In this document: positions 57,601 through 64,000 of the stretch, one piece after another
Layout of the letters: the number at the start of each line of letters is the position of its first letter
How positions within the stretch are numbered: the first letter of the stretch is position 1
Origin: Podarcis liolepis
Taxonomy: Eukaryota
Strand: one strand, 5' to 3'
Assembly: GCA_965112155.1 (NCBI GenBank)
Contig: OZ218099.1
Length of the DNA: 64,000 bases
Translations under genes and position numbers: made by a program
Notes under the pieces: generated by a model
Database searches by the model: none
The model's input: only the letters and a program-made list of their open reading frames with translations
Told to the model about the DNA's origin: nothing

Positions 57601-59076
57601 TTCAAGCTCCATGAAGTGAATGGCAGGTATGTGAAGCAGCTGCACCATGGTAAAGTGTACACATTCCCTTTGCTCTCATGGAACTTGTGCCAGAAGTGAT
57701 TCTTTGTAGATTGTAGGCCAGGAATGCTGCACAATCACATCTTTTTTCACCTTCCAGTTGGTTATATAGAAACAGTAGCCTTTGCAGCCTAGAGGACTGC
57801 AAAGATAGAACCCACTCAATTTACTGTATTTTATATAAATATATCCCTCATACTGCTCAAGTTACAAAACAATTTCAGGGTTTTGTGAAAGATCCTTTAA
57901 GCTATAAAGACGGTGTTTAAAAGAAAGTCCTTATTCTCAACCACAAAGTATCTCGGAATATCTCCCAACACACCACCTGCAACAGCATCTTGGATTCCAT
58001 GGAAACAAAGTTCTAGATCTGGGGAGAATCTGCTTTTGAATGGGAACTTTTCCTCAGTTGGCTTTTTAAGGACCCAACTGGAAATGGGGAAAGCTTATCT
58101 CTTTACTTAGAACTCCTAACCCAGAGATCTCCGTATACTGTTCTCACTTCAAAATTGGTGTGCAGCAGTGTCTTGTCTCCTCTTTCGTTCCATTAACATG
58201 AGAGAGAGAAACAAGGACATTTTGTAATTGGCCTCCCAAAATCTTGAATCCAGAATAAAGTGAGCGAATTTGAGAATTCTGGGTTTGGACCATGGGAAAA
58301 AAATTTGTGGAAATTTAATAATGCTAATCCAGCTATTTAGTCAGCCTTAAGACCCATTGAAATCAGCAGGACATATTCTTGATTGAATTGAGACCCAGTG
58401 GTTGCTTAGCCCAAATTGCCCCATTGATTTCACTGGAACGTTTTGCATGATTAACTTTGCCTGAACTAGTATGTAGCTATCTCATTTGTAGTGGTAGCTA
58501 ACATGGTGCCCTCCAATTCCTATCGACCCCAGTCAACATGACCAGTAGTCAGGGATGGTTCAGCAACCTCTGTAAGTCACCACATTGACACCCCCAAGCA
58601 TAATGGTATCTGTGTTTGCTATCTGTCCAAGCTGTCTTGTTTTTGTAATTGTGTCTCCATAGTGATTCTATCCCATCCCCTGTCCTCGCTTACTAGTATT
58701 CTCCTTTGGCTGAGTAAACACAGCCCCAAAGCGTGAATGATTAGGAATAAGTAATGGGTGCAGGCTGGAGAGAGATGGGACACACCGACAGCTTCTCAGT
58801 GCTAGAATGTAGGTTCTTTGGTCATTCACTGAACTAGAAAAGTAGTTCCCACAGGCAAGCCTTTCTGGAAAAATAAAGATTCAACCAGACACTCAACTAC
58901 TCTTAATTAGATGAGGCAGAAGGATCAATCCACATTTCATGAAATCACTACATAGAAGCTGCTGCAGCGGAGGCTAGCTAGCTAGTGACTTATTTACTTG
59001 TAAGACCAGCAAATGCTGAGATCTACACATGTGTTAATTACTATGCACATGTGCTTTCTATGCCTTGTCTCTGTAA

Positions 59077-59335
59077 CAGGGATGAAGAACCATTTTCAGT
59101 CTGAGGGCTGTCATTCCCTTCTAGGGATGACGATAAACACTAAATAGAGGGTGGGGCAGCTTATATAAATTATACCTTTGCACTGTAAATTATTTTTACA
59201 CACACTCCTCTCTGTGACCCTCCAGGTGTCACCGGAATACAACTCCCATCATCCCTGACTGTTGGCAATACAGCCAGGGACTAATGGGGAGTTAGAGTCA
59301 AGCAGAAGCTGATGGCCACAGGTTCCCCAACCCTG
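59077..59335. mobile_element. hAT-like MITE remnant(s)
   Basis: CAGGGATGAAGAACC ... GGTTCCCCAACCCTG termini. Confidence 0.5.
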
Positions 59336-59489
59336 ACGTAGAACAAGACGCTTTATACAAGTTGAAGTCTTGCTTCCCTAACATTTTAAGAAGCATCTGG
59401 GGGTTAACCAAATAGGTAGAGAAGTGATCTTATAGGCATCATTTACTTTTGGTGACATAACTTCCCTAAGGCCTCTGCCTGAACTTAGT

Positions 59490-61045
59490 TGTCTTGGGAT
59501 AAAATGACAGATCCTCTTTTGCATCAAGATTTGGTTGACGAACAGGACTCCACAGGTAGAAAGAAGAGACTGTTATCACAGGAGGAGAAGGAGGTAAGTA
59601 CTATGCTATGCCAAAGACCTGTGATGGGAGTGCCGCTACTTCATTTACTCATAAGTGTTCTGGAGGTCAAGTCTGTGGAAGATAACAATTTTGCAGGGAG
59701 GTGACAAGTGTGAGATGCCCCAAACTGGCCTTTCTACTACATATTTCATAACCAACAGAATGGCATATGAAATCAAAAGTAAATGTAAAGTGGCAAAAAA
59801 ATAACTTCACATATATACTGATAGAATTCTAAACTGACCTGGGACTCAAACTTGCCGTCATAATGGATGGCACAATAAAAATGGCATAGCTGTGTAGGAA
59901 TGAAGATTCCATGCTGGGCCCAGTTTGGAAATGGCCTGAAAATGGCCAATATAATAATGTCTTTCTTAAAACCAAGGGGCAACCACCTCTAGACTACTAC
60001 ATGCATGTTCTGGTCATGCCAACTCAACAAGGACATCACAAAGCTAGAAAAGAGGCAGAGAAGTGCAGTCAATATGATCAAGCAATGAAAACGCCTTCCC
60101 AATTAAGAAAGGCTAAAGTGTTTGGGGTTATTAACATAAGGAAAGAGATGACATGGAGAAAATAGGATATCAAAGGGTGCAATGGGTAGAAGGTTAGAGT
60201 GAGCATTTCCTCCCCTCTCCCTTTCATACTGTACTGAAGCTCAGGCTCACCCACTGAAACTGATAAAGGAATAGATTCACAACAGCCAAAAGGACTTCCT
60301 ACAGCTAGGCCTGGGCGATATATGAGGAGCAGACCACAATGTCAGTTCCACTGAGCGGTATATCGCTGGTGAAACTGCCACCGCTCCCGAGTCCCTCTGC
60401 TAGCAGCATCTGCTGGAGGGAGTCAATATTTCGTCCAGTGGGCGCTGCTTAGCAGAGGGACTCGGGAGCGGTGGTGGTTTCACCAGTGATATACTGCTGA
60501 GTGGAACCACCATTGCACTCTGCCCTCATACAATGCAGAGGGAGAAGCAAGCTGTATTGGCGAGGCGCTGAGACAGACTGTTCCTCCCTCTGTATCTTTA
60601 AACTGCTCGACTGAGGAGTTTATAGCTGCTCTTGCCTCAGCCGAGCTGAGAGAGCTGGGGAGGGGGAAACCTTCCCGAGCCCCAGCTGAGCTGCACAAAC
60701 AAGCTGTGTTGTCCCAGCCCATGAGTGTCTGGGTGAAACCGCATCAGTTCCCGAGGTGAGAACTGGGGCACTTTCACCAGGTGCCTCACAGGCAGAGCCT
60801 AATGCAGCTTGCTTTTTCAACATCTCAGTATATCACCACGATGTTTGGCTGGCGATGCAGCTCAATGTTGAAAAGCTGATGTTGCCCAACCCTACCTACA
60901 GCACATGATTTATGGCACTTGAGCCACAAGATGTGCTGACCCTTTGGTTGAATGGTTTTAATGCAGGCCTAGTCAAATTTATGGAGGCCATGTTTAGCAG
61001 CAGGCACTGTAGTCATGATCTCTATGATGGCTAAACAAAACTCTC
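59490..61045 (+). mobile_element. Degraded CR1 LINE (RT C-terminal part to 3' end), interrupted by a hAT MITE
   Basis: Frameshifted CR1 ORF2 motifs (PPLDYY...FWS.QLNKDITKLEKRQRSAVNMI) and tail ggcctagtcaaatttatggagg. Confidence 0.7.
60306..60894. mobile_element. hAT MITE with perfect 8-bp TSD
   Basis: CCTACAGC|TAGGCCTGGGCGATAT ... ATGTTGCCCAACCCTA|CCTACAGC. Confidence 0.85.
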
Positions 61046-61079
61046 AGGTTCAGAAGTAGCATACTGTCCTCTCAATTTT

Positions 61080-61085
61080 TTTATT
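61080..61085 (-). terminator. UNC13D: Candidate UNC13D poly(A) signal
   Basis: AATAAA on the minus strand about 2.56 kb past the stop; an ATTAAA alternative lies near 62944. Confidence 0.35.
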
Positions 61086-63641
61086 CATACAGCCACAAAC
61101 CTGCACAATCTCCATGAAATAGGGATTTGGCGACACACACGCAAAAGGAAACCTGATTATCTGGGTTATCCAATTGCTGGTTCCACCCTGAGTAATTATT
61201 TTAAATGTTCCCAGTGACAAAAGTGAGAGCAGCCCATAGACTGGAATTGGGCAGGAGTGTCTCCACCACCACACCAACAACACTCCAAATGCAGGGTGGA
61301 TCCAATACAGGCCAATGAAGACTGAGCATGTTCCAGTGGGCTTGAAATGGTTTTAAAAGAGTGAATGGTTGGGGTGGGGCAGTCAGGGGAGGGAATGAAG
61401 TAACTGGAACTCTGAACCGCAGTGCCACATTATGTTGCACTGCCACACTTCTTAGTTACACTTCCATTTGCAGAATTGGAGGGGGAGGCAAACAGTAAGG
61501 GAGAGCTGCTATGGGCTGTGCAAAACATCTGGTTGGCCATTTTTGGTACCAGGATGCTTAGAGGAGGACACTCTTGCTTTGAATCAATGCAGGACTTATG
61601 CTACATCCCTTCCTCCTGCAACTACCCTAGCTGCCTCTGCAGAGGTTGCTTTCTACAGGCCTTTACAAAAGGAAATGAGATTACTCCCTGCTGCCATTGC
61701 CACGGAATGCTACTGTCCCCTTCTTACACTGTATTCACCAATTTAAACTGGAACACATTATAGAATAAGTGGTGTATAGTATGCCAATAAGTCTCCTGAG
61801 GTACACTGGAGGAAAGCACAGTTTAGCTTAAAAATCTTGATTTTTTTGGGGGGGGGGGTTAGTAGAGAAGACATCCAGCAGCTGTGCTCTATATAGAGGA
61901 TGCTCTCGAGTTTTCTCTCCCCTGCAAAGACTGTGTAGTAAGTGAAAGGCATTAAAGCACTACATATTTAAGATGCTCAAAAATGCCTCCACAAGAGCCT
62001 GTCCACTCAGCTCTCCCCTCAGGAATGTATGCACATACACACAGTTGTAAAAATAGGAAACGCTTTTGCTTGCTCACAGCTCACCCCGCCCAAACTAAAC
62101 GAGAGCCTGGCCTGGTTTCTTTCACAGCCTTTAGCCTTTAGCTGCTAATGTGACAGAAATAGCATGCCTTAGCCTCACATAATCCTTTAGTTGTCCTTTT
62201 CACTTACAGGAAAGCAATTCCTCTTGATGGGAGAGGAAACCAGCTGAGAACTACAGTCTACTGAGCAAATTTCCCCTTGCACAGAAACCTTGGCTAAATC
62301 TACCACCACCACACTGACAACGATCTGCTCTAGGCTTTAGGAAAAACAGGAAAAGTTAAGTTGTAGAGCAGGAGTGGGGGTGGAACCTGTGGCTCTCCAG
62401 ATGTCAGACTCCCAACTTGCAGCCAGCATGGCCAATGCTATGGATGATGGGAATTGGGGTCCAGGTTCCCCATCCTTACTATAAAGACCTGGCCTCACTG
62501 GCAGCGGAAACACCTGACTGCAAAGGAGTGGGGTGGGGGGAACAAGACGCAAATGTTCAGAAATTGAGGGAATGCTTCCTGCAGTGCTATGATCAAAGTT
62601 TACATTAGGGTGTCTCTAGATTTACCTGTAGGTCAGGGTTCACAGTAACACTTCACAAGCCTTTCTGCCGAAATGGAGGTGAAATTCTAACCGTGGTGGT
62701 GGTGACTGCAGTCTTATGCTCCCATCAATCCATCAAAGCCAAGCACAGCTTACAGGTATAAACAACAACAGCACTGTTCATAGAACATGCAGCTTTTCTT
62801 TTCAATTAAAGCCTCCCCTGCTTTAAATCGCAAGAGTTTCCACTCCCCAGCAACATCTGTGCCTTCTTTGTGATAATCAGAATTGTGCCCTGGAGATGAG
62901 TGGGCATAAAATCCATCACAGCGTACAGCCAGCGGCTCTTCCATTTAATTCCTTTTTAAGTCAGTGATGCTTAAATCAGAAGGAAGTGCCAGTTCCTGTA
63001 GCAGAGATTAGTGATCGCAGGTTTGGGGTGTTTGTTTTTTTTAACTCACCAAAAGCTGCTCTCCCACCCCCACCCCACCCTTTGGCTTTCTGGTGTACCA
63101 GGCTGCCTGCTTTCCATGCCATCTGGCAAACAGAGTAAAGCATTTCCTGGGGGAAATCCACAAGGGGCACATTACAAGCTTTGCCAGCCAAACAGGCTCT
63201 TTCTCAGTCCTCGTGTGCACGCATGCGTGCCAGTTGTGCGCATGTGTTTGCTCACAGCATCCCTTAGCCTGCAGTATGAAAATCAAATAGTACCACGTTT
63301 TCCATTTTTCTTAAAATAAGGGAAGTCCTTACTGCAGATGAAGAACGGATGAATGGGGCTGGGAGTGGGTGACACAACCCTTTCCTGTCGCCTCTTGAAT
63401 AGAAACAGGTCAAACATTCATCCAGGCATAGCTTGCTCTTCAGCATGCACTGACAAAAGAGCCCCAGGGTCTGCTATGGCCAGGCTAGAATGCCGCATGT
63501 CTCTCTGGCATCCAATGCACCAGCAGAAAAAGCTGGAGTGGAAGAAGGGCTTCCTACTCTCCATGGTGTATTTGCTGTCGCCATGGCAGCACAGGCCCTG
63601 CCTGCTGCACCTTTTCAGCTCAGTCCCTTCTGTTGCAGCCC

Positions 63642-63766
63642 CTATTGTTGCTCCTGCTGTCGCTCAGTCTCCTTGGATTGCTTTGCTCGTTGTCTGCGGA
63701 GCTTCACAAATGCCTGGGCTTCCTTGTCTCCTTTGCGGGTCTCCAGCAGCTTCAAGATTTCAGCGC
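63642..63766 (-). CDS. UNC13D: Last coding exon of unc-13 homolog D / Munc13-4 ([40 protein letters not shown])
   Basis: Acceptor cctctcccactctgccccag|; TAG at 63644-63642; matches the recalled human C-terminus [27 protein letters not shown]; expected by synteny. Confidence 0.92.
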
Positions 63767-64000
63767 CTGGGGCAGAGTGGGAGAGGTGGCATGCAGTCAG
63801 TGAGATGTGGAATCAAGTAGCCTGCTCCTATAACTAAACGTCTCTTGACGTTTAACACAAACCCAGTTTCCTGCAGACAGACATCACAAAAGCTAGGCAA
63901 CAACTAAGACTTAAGTTTCTTCAAGGCCAAAGCCAAGAATCCGGGCCCCTCAAAAAGTTACCCATTGCATATATCTCAAAACATCCTAAAGCAAAGAAGC

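Noticed and set aside
63353-63837. Plus-strand ORFs of 155 and 115 aa (Cys-rich)
   Set aside because: Antisense shadows of the UNC13D last exon and its UTR.

Overview
Vertebrate genomic DNA from a squamate reptile, probably a lacertid lizard (inferred from the Sauria SINE, BovB and lizard-type MITEs). The window carries the H3-3B / UNK / UNC13D neighbourhood known from human 17q25.1. (1) Histone H3.3 gene H3-3B on the minus strand: 3 coding exons at 1131-1929, a non-coding exon 1 at about 2452-2540, and a TATA/CRE/CCAAT promoter. (2) The complete 16-exon unkempt gene UNK on the plus strand: ATG 6967 to TGA 50728, 2427 nt, 808 aa, all splice phases consistent, six CCCH zinc fingers, coiled coil and C-terminal RING. 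(3) The last coding exon of UNC13D on the minus strand at 63642-63766, missed by the ORF track. Introns hold many transposon relics, several with intact target-site duplications (TSDs): BovB, L1-like, Penelope, two solo LTRs, Tc1/mariner and hAT MITEs, CR1, L2. I cannot support a wholly new biological system. The best leads are a frame-preserving 48-nt candidate cassette exon in UNK intron 8 (34206-34253) whose start resembles a recursive splice site, a roughly 24-bp-periodic CCAAT array upstream of H3-3B, a candidate UNK uORF, and a long transposon-poor UNK 3' region with tandem poly(A) signals and a MITE-derived hairpin. Repeat family names and comparisons with human sequences are from memory, not database searches.
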